DNA of 64,000 nucleotides from a virus: IMG/VR virus record IMGVR_UViG_3300042393_000799; one strand, 5' to 3'. Shown piece by piece: positions 1 to 8,585 of this stretch (position 1 is its first letter; each line of letters starts with the position of its first letter). The notes under the pieces were generated by a model. It saw only the letters and a program-made list of their open reading frames with translations, ran no database searches and was not told where the DNA came from. The position numbers and the translations under genes were made by a program.

Positions 1-70
1 ATGCTTTAAGGATTCCTGGATCGTATACACCTTCGCTGACAAATTCTTCAAATAATTTGATATATTTCAT
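1..70 (-). CDS. 5' end (N-terminus) of another member of the MKxxKLFEEF N-terminal-motif family; gene runs off the window start
   Basis: ATG at 68-70 (rc); translation MKYIKLFEEFVSEGVYDPGILKA... continues past position 1; N-terminus matches the paralog family at 1121-8487. Confidence 0.4.
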   Translation of the reverse strand, partial: MKYIKLFEEFVSEGVYDPGILKA

Positions 71-100
71 GATTATAAATTTATTTATATACTATATATC

Positions 101-136
101 AAAATAAAAAAGGAGGTAACTTTAAAAGCACCTCCT
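101..136 (-). terminator. rho-independent terminator (hairpin aggaggt/acctcct followed on minus strand by T-tract)
   Basis: inverted repeat 111-117/130-136 with 12-nt loop; rc strand gives hairpin then TTTTTTATTTT; lies between gene 162-1112 and the partial gene at 1-70. Confidence 0.55.
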
Positions 137-161
137 CTGAAATATTATTTAATATAACTAA

Positions 162-1112
162 CTATTTTGCTATAAAAGCCGAAGTTGTTTTTTCACCATT
201 TCTTAAAAGATTAGCAACTCTAGAATATCCATCTAGTAAAACACCATCAACTACAACAATTTCTAATGAAAGATCTCTTGGACTTACATCATCATCAGTG
301 TAGCGTTCTTCTCCCGAATCATAATATTCTTTAAAATCAGGATCAGTTTTTAATAAAGACTTCATATCAAAATCGTCTATGTTTGCAAATGTTCTACCAA
401 CAATATCTTTTTTAAATCCATTTGGTATGTTTTCCTTTTCAGGTGTAATATCTTTAATATGTCTCCATACTTCTGATCCTTTTAAATCAGCATATTCATT
501 TACAATTTTATATGATTCATTTTCTTCTAAATCATTGTTTATCTGTTTATCCAAAACAGACATTTTGTCTTCATCCTTCTTAGCTAATTTTTGCAATACT
601 CTTTTAGTAGCACCGTCTGCATATTTAATGATAGCTTTAGTTGAATTAAATCTAGCTTCGATTTTTATTTTAGATACAAATTTAGTCAATGTTTCATTTT
701 CTTGACCAATGTTATCCATTAAATCAAGAATATCACTTTCTTGTTGTTCTAATGCTTCAATTTTAATATCTGCATTCGTTTCTGATCTTGCTGCACTTTT
801 AGGTGGATTAGGAGCATTGTAATCTAATTCATCATACTTACTTTCTAATTCATCTTCGAATTCTTCAATAGGATCACCTTCAATCTTTATCTTACCTATT
901 TCAACTCTAACTCTAACTAATTCTTCAGCTAATTTTTTGAGTTGTCTCTTTTTTGCACCATTTATAAACAAACCAGATATAAAGCTAAATAATCCTTCAC
1001 CAACAAGTGTATCAACTTCATCATATGTGTATTTCTCTTTTAGAGATTCATATAAATTATCGACATATTGTTTTCTGTCATTATAGTCTTCGTATGTTCT
1101 AATGTGTTTCAT
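162..1112 (-). CDS. hypothetical acidic coiled-coil protein; N-terminus MKHIRTYEDY is a divergent version of the family motif
   Basis: 316-aa ORF, minus strand, tight packing with neighbours. Confidence 0.5.
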   Translation of the reverse strand: MKHIRTYEDYNDRKQYVDNLYESLKEKYTYDEVDTLVGEGLFSFISGLFINGAKKRQLKKLAEELVRVRVEIGKIKIEGDPIEEFEDELESKYDELDYNAPNPPKSAARSETNADIKIEALEQQESDILDLMDNIGQENETLTKFVSKIKIEARFNSTKAIIKYADGATKRVLQKLAKKDEDKMSVLDKQINNDLEENESYKIVNEYADLKGSEVWRHIKDITPEKENIPNGFKKDIVGRTFANIDDFDMKSLLKTDPDFKEYYDSGEERYTDDDVSPRDLSLEIVVVDGVLLDGYSRVANLLRNGEKTTSAFIAK

Positions 1113-1120
1113 ATAACTTC

Positions 1121-2692
1121 TTAATTTTTAGGCCATATCATGATAGTTCCTGGATCATTCCATGAAAACCACCAACCTTTCTTTTCAACTACATCTACTA
1201 CAACTTTTAATACTCCGTTTTTGTATTTAGAACTTTTATTGTAGTAGTCAAATATTTTACCATTACCAAGTTCCTCGCCATTATCACCTGCAATCCAAAT
1301 ACCACCTTCTTCTCCAGAAAATTCTTCTGTAGTTCTAACAGTTTTAATTTTGTATTTAGTTTCCATCAAATTCATCAACTCTTCTCTGTTGTATTCGTTT
1401 GCTTCATTCAATTGTCTAGATTCTTGTAAAGTGTGCTCATTAACAATAGACTCATCAATAGAACCTGAAATCAATTTATATTTCCATGATTTTAGTTTCT
1501 TTTCTAGTTCAGCTTTATTTTCTGCTTCGAAATCAAACTCATCATTGTAACCATAGTATCCTTTGCCACGTTTTTCAATGTAAGTTAATCCATCTTCACC
1601 GTCGTAAATTGCAATTTCTCTATCGTTATTATAAGTACCTTCTAAGATTTTTACACGTACGATGTCTTTTTTGGCAATACTATCTCCATTAAAAACCAAA
1701 TCATTATACATTTTACCAACAGAACCTTTAATTCCTTTTTTGGACTTAGTATCGATTGATAATACTTTATTAGTTCTGCTAAAATAATCTAACATATCGT
1801 AATCAAGATCTTTAGCATCTACTGTTTCGCCAGGGCCCGGAAAGTTTTCATCTAAAGATTCAGTTTGAAAATGATTTCTATTAATCTTATTCAAATAATT
1901 TAATTCTTCGTCATTTAATTTAGTTGCAACCAATGATCTAAATTTACCGCGTTGTTGAGAAGGTGTAAGCTTCATAAATTCAACAATATCTTTGTCATCT
2001 TTAATTTTATCAATGATTGATTTTACAGCTTTATCAGATTTTCTTTTTTGCCACCAATTTTTTAAATCTTCAATTGGAGTAGTACCACCACCTGCACTTA
2101 TTTTATTACCCAATAACGCTAATTGTCCCATAACCATGGCAGATTGCATTAGTATTAAAAATGTGCTTGCAGCATCTTCATTAATTGTAGATTCTACTAG
2201 CTTCACTAATTTAGAATCGATCCATTCTTCACTAGAACCATCCCATCTAATTAGAGATTTATTACCTTTGGTTTTTACTAACTCACCTGTTCCTTGTAAT
2301 TCACCTTTAGTATCATAAACATGTACCAACTCAACTACTTCTGAAACCATTGATTCCAATACTTTAGAATTATCTTCGATAGCTTCTAATGTATCTGGCA
2401 TTGTTCTAATTGCCACACCGAATTTATCATCCCATCTTTGAGCTTTATATCCTGTGCAATATTTGTCTTTAAGATCTTTATGATTTGCGAATACACCACC
2501 TGGTAAATTATTGATAATAGTACCCTTTGGTAAAACTACATTAATATAATCACCTATTCGTGCGTCTTTAACATCTTTCTTTAATTCGTATTTACGATTA
2601 TCTAAAGTGGTGATAGTTCTACCGCTTGTTCCAGAAATCATTTGCTTTGAAACTTCGCTTACGAATTCTTCAAATAATTTAATTTTCTTCAT
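1121..2692 (-). CDS. hypothetical 523-aa protein with conserved N-terminal motif MKKIKLFEEFVSE (CTS-like family member)
   Basis: long ORF; N-terminal decapeptide shared with 15 other genes in window. Confidence 0.6.
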   Translation of the reverse strand: MKKIKLFEEFVSEVSKQMISGTSGRTITTLDNRKYELKKDVKDARIGDYINVVLPKGTIINNLPGGVFANHKDLKDKYCTGYKAQRWDDKFGVAIRTMPDTLEAIEDNSKVLESMVSEVVELVHVYDTKGELQGTGELVKTKGNKSLIRWDGSSEEWIDSKLVKLVESTINEDAASTFLILMQSAMVMGQLALLGNKISAGGGTTPIEDLKNWWQKRKSDKAVKSIIDKIKDDKDIVEFMKLTPSQQRGKFRSLVATKLNDEELNYLNKINRNHFQTESLDENFPGPGETVDAKDLDYDMLDYFSRTNKVLSIDTKSKKGIKGSVGKMYNDLVFNGDSIAKKDIVRVKILEGTYNNDREIAIYDGEDGLTYIEKRGKGYYGYNDEFDFEAENKAELEKKLKSWKYKLISGSIDESIVNEHTLQESRQLNEANEYNREELMNLMETKYKIKTVRTTEEFSGEEGGIWIAGDNGEELGNGKIFDYYNKSSKYKNGVLKVVVDVVEKKGWWFSWNDPGTIMIWPKN

Positions 2693-3482
2693 TTGTTTTA
2701 AATGTTTTTATGTGTCCTTGTATTTCTTCTTCTTTTAGTTCTTGATCCCATTTTATAAAGAATATCGTTTCGTATACATTATCTCCCATCATGTCATACA
2801 TTGATTTGAGCTGTATTACTTCAAATTCTTCTTGATCTTTATCAGAATCTTTTAAATGAGATATTAATCCTCTGAAGTTATATATCTCGTTGTATTTAAG
2901 ATCACTCTCTTTGTGATTTAATAACTTAGAACCATAGTACTCCAAATGAAATCCAGCATCTTCTAAAGGCTTAATTAAATTTAGCTTATGATTCTTAATG
3001 ATGCTCTTACTAGGCAGACCAGCGTCTCCATAAAAACAAATGGCTATCTGTTTAGACCATTTAGAAACCCAATCTGAACATACACCTACAACCTTATCAA
3101 GATTTGTATCATTACATGTAATAGTATTAGAAGTATATTGATTTGCGATATTAGACCAAGGAATACCTTTAGAAGTTATTGTAATATTATCGCTTTTATT
3201 GTAGAAGAAATTAAGAGATGGACCATTCTCTAATAAAAAAGAAAACGTTTGAGTATCCATGCAATTAATCCATAGATATTCTAAACGTTCTATATTTGTA
3301 AGCCAATCCCAATCTATTTGGGTTTTTGGTCCATTTGTTCCTAAAAAGAATTTGTTGTCTTGATACCAAAAATCTATTTTGGCATTGTAGCCTTGTTGAA
3401 TTGCGAAATCTATATAATCTGGTGTATTTTCTAATAATACGTTAGGTCCTGTAATATTACCTTTGTTCGATATTAATAACAT
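2679..3482 (-). CDS. hypothetical protein
   Basis: 267-aa ORF on dominant strand, overlaps upstream gene by 14 nt. Confidence 0.45.
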   Translation of the reverse strand: MLLISNKGNITGPNVLLENTPDYIDFAIQQGYNAKIDFWYQDNKFFLGTNGPKTQIDWDWLTNIERLEYLWINCMDTQTFSFLLENGPSLNFFYNKSDNITITSKGIPWSNIANQYTSNTITCNDTNLDKVVGVCSDWVSKWSKQIAICFYGDAGLPSKSIIKNHKLNLIKPLEDAGFHLEYYGSKLLNHKESDLKYNEIYNFRGLISHLKDSDKDQEEFEVIQLKSMYDMMGDNVYETIFFIKWDQELKEEEIQGHIKTFKTNEEN

Positions 3483-3756
3483 AAATGTTTATTAGTTATA
3501 CATCTAAACTATCATGTGTTTCATTCTCTTTACGCTTTGATTGCCACCGAAATAATATGGATAGCCCAAAGAATGACGCCGCTATACAATACATAACGAA
3601 ATTGGCGCGCCAAAGGTTTCCAGTCATCTGGATCAACCAATACTGTATTACGTCGAATCCAAACGGATTGAAAAATAGGGCTACCATCATGCTCCATGTC
3701 GATAGACGGCTTTTTAGTTTTTTCGGTATACTCACGACTGTCTGATTCCATATTAG

Positions 3757-4059
3757 TTATGCAATATATGCGTTTAATTCGTACTTACTGCCCATTCCAT
3801 ACACTGAAATTTGAAGGGCTTTCTTTTGTTCTTTATCATCTTTGTAAAGCGTAATAGTAAATCTATTGGTAAAACCATCACCTGGTCTTTTAGGACCCAT
3901 TCCTATTTTTGTCGCAGTTTCTTCTTTGTCATATGTGTAACCTTGTGATTCAGCATATTCTAAAGCAGTATTGATTGCATCAGTATAACTTCTATGATAT
4001 ACTTCATATGCTGACTTCTTTTCGGCCAAAAATTGTTCGAATAATTTTATTTTTTTCAT
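3757..4059 (-). CDS. small protein of MKKIKLFEQFLAE N-terminal-motif family
   Basis: 100-aa ORF; conserved N-terminal motif. Confidence 0.55.
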   Translation of the reverse strand: MKKIKLFEQFLAEKKSAYEVYHRSYTDAINTALEYAESQGYTYDKEETATKIGMGPKRPGDGFTNRFTITLYKDDKEQKKALQISVYGMGSKYELNAYIA

Positions 4060-4061
4060 AA

Positions 4062-4865
4062 TTAAAAATCTTTACGTGATGCTACACTATTTTTGTTTTT
4101 GTCAAAAAATGCTCCTAAAATACCGATTTGAGCAACACTAAACGTGTGTTCTCCACCATTTACCTTGTCTTTAATGAAAATCATTGGTTGAATTTCAAAT
4201 TGTTTATTAGGTGTAAATTTTGCGTTTAAGATAGCTTTACTAGAAGTGATAATCTCTTCAACATCTTCAGATGTGAAAGGAATATCGAAGTAATAGATTA
4301 ATCCCGTATTAGAGTCTAATGACGGTTTATCAGTAGCTTCTTTGATTAATTTATAAGATTCACTAATATAAACGAATTTATCGCTTTTAAATGCTTTATT
4401 CAAGTCTTTAAGTAAATCTTCTGGTCCAGTATGTTCTGCTGTATCAAACCATTTACCTCTATATTGAAATCCACCATCATAATCAACTTTAACCAAACCA
4501 GCATCTGAGAATATAAATGCATTTTCATCATCTTCCCAATCAACTGTGATTTTCTTTTCTTTAATACCATCAACACCATCCATTGCGTCATGAACTGAAT
4601 TTAAATTATCCACGGCTCCAGTGATTTGAGAGAACATCCAAGATTCTAATTTTTGACCACCTTTCATGCGATCTGCAATCATTTCAGCATAATCTTCAAT
4701 TCTTTCTAATTGACCTAAAGTCATATTATTTAATTCAGTAAGAGTATCACCTTCTTCAGTAATTGATTTTTCTGACATATAAAATGCAGTGTACTGTTCT
4801 TTGGACATGTTCTGTTGTGCAGCTGCCATATCTAGATAATCGTCGAATAATTTAACTATTTTCAT
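4062..4865 (-). CDS. protein of the same family (divergent N-terminus MKIVKLFDDYL)
   Basis: 267-aa ORF, part of tandem paralog array. Confidence 0.5.
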   Translation of the reverse strand: MKIVKLFDDYLDMAAAQQNMSKEQYTAFYMSEKSITEEGDTLTELNNMTLGQLERIEDYAEMIADRMKGGQKLESWMFSQITGAVDNLNSVHDAMDGVDGIKEKKITVDWEDDENAFIFSDAGLVKVDYDGGFQYRGKWFDTAEHTGPEDLLKDLNKAFKSDKFVYISESYKLIKEATDKPSLDSNTGLIYYFDIPFTSEDVEEIITSSKAILNAKFTPNKQFEIQPMIFIKDKVNGGEHTFSVAQIGILGAFFDKNKNSVASRKDF

Positions 4866-4879
4866 GATTTGTATTTTAT

Positions 4880-5221
4880 TTAATATTCAAACGGTGGTGT
4901 ACCATAATCAGCACGTTTAACAGCATACCAAACTCGACCTACTCTAAAATACCAGAATGTTGGTGTGTCAATAATATAGTGTTGTCCTTTAACAGTTACG
5001 TCTTTGTAACCACCTCTTGTAAAGTTCTTTGTTACAGGAACTCCATCGTCCCATGTTTTATCAGTGGATTGCGCTTTGAAAGTTTTACCACTAAAAGTTG
5101 CTAAATAAATGTCAGCTTGTTTTCCTTCTTCTCTTTCATCTTTTTGAAATTGTTCCATACCCATTGGTAAGTCAAGAGCGCTTTCGTTTATGAATTCTTC
5201 GAATAATTTAGTGTGTTTCAT
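4880..5221 (-). CDS. small protein, MKHTKLFEEFINE family
   Basis: 113 aa; first ~31 nt of gene identical to gene at 5424-5762. Confidence 0.55.
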   Translation of the reverse strand: MKHTKLFEEFINESALDLPMGMEQFQKDEREEGKQADIYLATFSGKTFKAQSTDKTWDDGVPVTKNFTRGGYKDVTVKGQHYIIDTPTFWYFRVGRVWYAVKRADYGTPPFEY

Positions 5222-5409
5222 TTGTAATCTTGTTTTTCGCGAGGTTGCCTCTTTCTTAAATCAATTTCGTCTCTTAATTCTTTGATCCTATCTTTAATAA
5301 TCATAATTCTATAATTATGCCATTTTCTAACTATAAAACATTTAGATTTATTTGCTTCTAAGGTTTCTAGTTGTGATTCAAAAAATTTAACTAATTTAAA
5401 GAGTGCCAC
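5218..5409 (-). CDS. hypothetical small basic protein
   Basis: 63-aa ORF, 4-nt overlap with downstream gene; no family motif. Confidence 0.3.
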   Translation of the reverse strand: MALFKLVKFFESQLETLEANKSKCFIVRKWHNYRIMIIKDRIKELRDEIDLRKRQPREKQDYK

Positions 5410-5423
5410 TGTATTTTATTGTT

Positions 5424-5762
5424 TTATTGTTTTTCGTTAGCTCTGCACCAAACTACTGCATCTTTTGGAGTTTTTAACTCTTCGTCATATCCACTTAAGT
5501 CATAAATACCTAAGATAGTTTGACCATCGTCATTTAAATAGAATGAAAATTCTTCCATGTCACCTTCGTGTCTTGGAGCTTCAGATTCTAATCCATTTGC
5601 AAAGTGTACAATATGTGGAAATTCTTCCTGATCGTCATATCCCCAAATAAGTTTTTCTACATTTTTGGCTTTGGCAAGTTCTTTAAATAATTTTACTAAA
5701 ATCTCTGGTTTAGGTGATTTAGCTTCATTTAAGAATTCTTCGAATAATTTAGTGTGTTTCAT
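5424..5762 (-). CDS. small protein, MKHTKLFEEFLNE family
   Basis: 112 aa; conserved N-terminal motif. Confidence 0.55.
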   Translation of the reverse strand: MKHTKLFEEFLNEAKSPKPEILVKLFKELAKAKNVEKLIWGYDDQEEFPHIVHFANGLESEAPRHEGDMEEFSFYLNDDGQTILGIYDLSGYDEELKTPKDAVVWCRANEKQ

Positions 5763-5768
5763 AATATC

Positions 5769-6098
5769 TTATTTATATTCTTTTTCGTATTTAGCTTTTA
5801 ATTCTTCCCAAGCTGCTTTGTATTTAGCTGGAATTTTAGAAGGTTCATAAATTCTAGAATTTGATCTTTTGCTTGATCCTACTTTATAGTTTGAACCAGT
5901 ATATTGCTCCATAAATTCATCTCCAACTTTTTTAGAACCGTCATCTTTAACATAAATACCATATGTGATGAATGTATCACCATCTAAGTGACCTTCTAAA
6001 ATATCACAACATGGATTATGATCTTTGTTAGAATTAAATTTAAATTCAGTAAATTTACCTTCATTAAGGAATTGTTCGAATAGTTTAATGTGTTTCAT
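5769..6098 (-). CDS. small protein, MKHIKLFEQFLNE family
   Basis: 109 aa; conserved N-terminal motif. Confidence 0.55.
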   Translation of the reverse strand: MKHIKLFEQFLNEGKFTEFKFNSNKDHNPCCDILEGHLDGDTFITYGIYVKDDGSKKVGDEFMEQYTGSNYKVGSSKRSNSRIYEPSKIPAKYKAAWEELKAKYEKEYK

Positions 6099-6112
6099 TT
6101 TATTGTTTTTAT

Positions 6113-6691
6113 TTATTCTTCTTCGTGATTGAACTTTATACGTTTAACTATCGTACATGATTTGCTTGGATTGAAGATAATAGTTGATTCAGCATCACCC
6201 CAATCTCTAGGATCATAATCCCAATGATCAAAACCATCACAAACTTTCATATAAGGTTTGATAAGTTTTTTAACTTCTTCTGGTCCAGGATTTTCTGTCA
6301 ACGAAATTACTTTTTCTTCTTGATCTATTCCAGCTTCTGTTGCAAATGAAGCAACTTCTTCTAATCCAAGAATTTTACCTTTTACTTTAATTTCATATGT
6401 AAAAGCTTCAGTTCCACCGCCACTTTCAATATTATTAAGATCATATGCTTTAGCTAATTCTTTTGATTTAGTAAACCACATTGGTCTAGAAGCTAATTTT
6501 TTAAGAGGAACACCCGAAGTATGGTAAACAGTCATCTCTTTCATGTCTACTTCCTTTTCAGGTTCATCTTCAGCAAAAGTTATCTTTGTACCTTTTCTAA
6601 CCTTATGTGTTTTTAAATATTCTGTATAATCAGCTTTATCTTTGAATTCTAATTCATTTAAGAATTCTTCAAATAATTTTACGCGTTTCAT
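6113..6691 (-). CDS. protein of MKRVKLFEEFLNE family
   Basis: 192 aa; conserved N-terminal motif. Confidence 0.55.
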   Translation of the reverse strand: MKRVKLFEEFLNELEFKDKADYTEYLKTHKVRKGTKITFAEDEPEKEVDMKEMTVYHTSGVPLKKLASRPMWFTKSKELAKAYDLNNIESGGGTEAFTYEIKVKGKILGLEEVASFATEAGIDQEEKVISLTENPGPEEVKKLIKPYMKVCDGFDHWDYDPRDWGDAESTIIFNPSKSCTIVKRIKFNHEEE

Positions 6692-6693
6692 AA

Positions 6694-6966
6694 TTATCTA
6701 ATTAATTTTGCTTTTGCAAGTTTTTCTTTTAATAGTTTACCAACTCTAGATTCAATTCCAGGAGATCTAAAAGAACCACCGATTTCGTTAGCTTCTTTTT
6801 TAATCAAATCAATTAAGTCATCAATAGCAACTTCAACATTAGCCATTAAATCTTCTTCTCTTGATTCTTCATCATCTGAAATAGTTCCATCAGATTTCTT
6901 TTCAGAAATAACCTTTGGTAATTCAATTTTATTTGCGAAAGCTTCGAAAGGTTTTGCGTATTTCAT
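6694..6966 (-). CDS. small acidic protein, degenerate family N-terminus MKYAKPFEAFANK
   Basis: 90 aa, last member of contiguous array. Confidence 0.45.
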   Translation of the reverse strand: MKYAKPFEAFANKIELPKVISEKKSDGTISDDEESREEDLMANVEVAIDDLIDLIKKEANEIGGSFRSPGIESRVGKLLKEKLAKAKLIR

Positions 6967-6999
6967 ACTATAAATATTTTTTTAATTATATTATATATC

Positions 7000-7587
7000 T
7001 TAATTAAAAAGCTCTTTTAATTTTTCATTTTTTACCATATTCATTACAGCTACTTCATAATTACTAGCTTCTGCATAGTTTGCACCCAAATAACTTAAAT
7101 ATTGTTCTTCTGTCTTAAGATCTCTAAGATATGCTGATTGAAATATTGCATAATCTAAGATTGATTCTTTCCAAGTATCATAATAAGCATGACCTAAATT
7201 AGTTCCACGTGCAGTAGTAGTTCTCTGTTTAGCTTCTTTCATACCAAACAAATTATTGTTAGATCTAAAGATATTACTTTGAAAATGGCCACTTTCTATA
7301 AGAGCTTGAGCTAATACAATATGTGGGTATTTTACATTAAGGCGTTTGAGTTCTTCTACCACAGCTTCTTTTGAGAATTCACTCTTAGAAAACTCATTAA
7401 CTATTAAGACTTTTTGCTCATATGGCATGTTAGTTACAAATTTAGTTGTAGCGTTCATTTTAGCCACATTATATGTGGTATAATAAGTAATTCCTAAGAA
7501 GAGCAAAGATGCTCCTACAGCTTTAAAGATTTTTCGGGGATTAATTCGTTTAAATGTTAACGATTCTTTACAATAGGTGTATAACAT
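7000..7587 (-). CDS. membrane-anchored glucosaminidase-domain peptidoglycan hydrolase
   Basis: N-terminal TM segment; motif HIVLAQALIESGHFQS...NNNLFGMK typical of mannosyl-glycoprotein endo-beta-N-acetylglucosaminidase (FlgJ-type) domain. Confidence 0.6.
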   Translation of the reverse strand: MLYTYCKESLTFKRINPRKIFKAVGASLLFLGITYYTTYNVAKMNATTKFVTNMPYEQKVLIVNEFSKSEFSKEAVVEELKRLNVKYPHIVLAQALIESGHFQSNIFRSNNNLFGMKEAKQRTTTARGTNLGHAYYDTWKESILDYAIFQSAYLRDLKTEEQYLSYLGANYAEASNYEVAVMNMVKNEKLKELFN

Positions 7588-7597
7588 AGTTTTAAAT

Positions 7598-7683
7598 TTA
7601 ATTGGTTAATATTGCTAATGTACACAAAAAAAACGACATAAAAAAATTATTTAGCGTTTATTTTCGATTTATTTTCATATAAG
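7598..7683 (-). promoter_or_regulatory. degenerate copy of the repeated intergenic cassette
   Basis: partial matches to ctaat(a/g)tacacaaaaaaa and ttattttcatataagtta; no clear GC hairpin. Confidence 0.35.
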
Positions 7684-8487
7684 TTATATGAAAGCTTCTA
7701 ATTTAGTTTGTAGTTTTTTAATTTCTTTAGTGGCAGTTACAATAAACTGCTCTTTCCAAGTAATATTGATCTTTTTCCAACTTTCTATCTTCTTAGCGAT
7801 AGAATCTTTCATTTGTTGGTTGTAATATGCCTCATCATTATCATAATTTTTGGCAGCATCTCTACTTACAATTTCAGACCATGTTGGCCATTCGTACCAA
7901 TCACCTTTGTCCTTTAAAGTTTGAACAATTTGTTCGTCATTGAGTTTTGAATTTGTTTCAATCTCTTCATGTGCCTTTATGACTCTAATTTCATAATTTT
8001 TAATGTCAGTATTTAGCTTTTCAGCTTTAGACATTTTCTTTATTTTATCAGCATATTCTTTAGTTAATTCACTAACGCCAGTTTTTGGAATATTGGTTTT
8101 AGTGATGTATCTATAATGAAGTCTTTGGATATTATGACCACCTGCATAAATTGCTTCAGTTGAAAATTGATAAGCAACTCCGTCTCTGTGGATTTGTGCA
8201 GTAATTTCAATGTTTCCTTTGGCACTTTTACTAACATTTAGAGAAAGTAAAGAGTCAGTTTGTTGTGTATAAGTTTCAACAGCTTTAACCATATCATAGA
8301 TTAGATTAAGTCTTGCAGATTCTCTGTCATATTTAGTAAATTCTTGGTTGAATGTTTTAACAAACCATGCTTCAGTAGCGGCAACCATTTCAACGATAGT
8401 AGGTTCTAATGCATCCAAAATAACATTGATAATATTTGTCTGTTTGGACTCATTTAGAAACTGATCAAATGACTTTAGTTTTTTCAT
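7684..8487 (-). CDS. hypothetical protein, MKKLKSFDQFLNE family
   Basis: 267 aa; conserved N-terminal motif; preceded by intergenic cassette. Confidence 0.55.
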   Translation of the reverse strand: MKKLKSFDQFLNESKQTNIINVILDALEPTIVEMVAATEAWFVKTFNQEFTKYDRESARLNLIYDMVKAVETYTQQTDSLLSLNVSKSAKGNIEITAQIHRDGVAYQFSTEAIYAGGHNIQRLHYRYITKTNIPKTGVSELTKEYADKIKKMSKAEKLNTDIKNYEIRVIKAHEEIETNSKLNDEQIVQTLKDKGDWYEWPTWSEIVSRDAAKNYDNDEAYYNQQMKDSIAKKIESWKKINITWKEQFIVTATKEIKKLQTKLEAFI

Positions 8488-8503
8488 GTATTATATATTT
8501 GTT

Positions 8504-8585
8504 TTAATTATAGAGCTAATATACAAAAAAAAGCCCAAACTAAAAAATTTGGGCTTAATTATTTTCATAAAAGTTACGAACAATT
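8504..8585 (-). promoter_or_regulatory. repeated intergenic cassette (motif A, GC hairpin + T-tract terminator, TATAATTAAAA promoter-like box)
   Basis: plus-strand ttaattatagagctaatatac...aagcccaaactaaaaaatttgggctt...ttattttcataaaagttacgaacaatt; hairpin 8533-8554. Confidence 0.7.

Noticed and set aside
379-705. Plus-strand ORFs embedded in minus-strand genes (e.g. 379-705, 1350-1692, 1992-2318, 8646-9344, 11915-12370, 13819-14109, 19952-20170, 34657-35240, 41524-41745, 58332-58661)
   Set aside because: All are antisense shadow ORFs inside longer, motif-bearing minus-strand genes. They are low-complexity (Ser/Leu/Phe-rich) with no independent support.
8504-8585. Repeated cassettes considered as miniature transposable elements or CRISPR-like repeats
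   Set aside because: No terminal inverted repeats or target-site duplications are evident. All copies are intergenic, co-oriented with transcription and contain a terminator-type hairpin, so a regulatory role is favoured. The mobile-element idea is kept only as a minor alternative.
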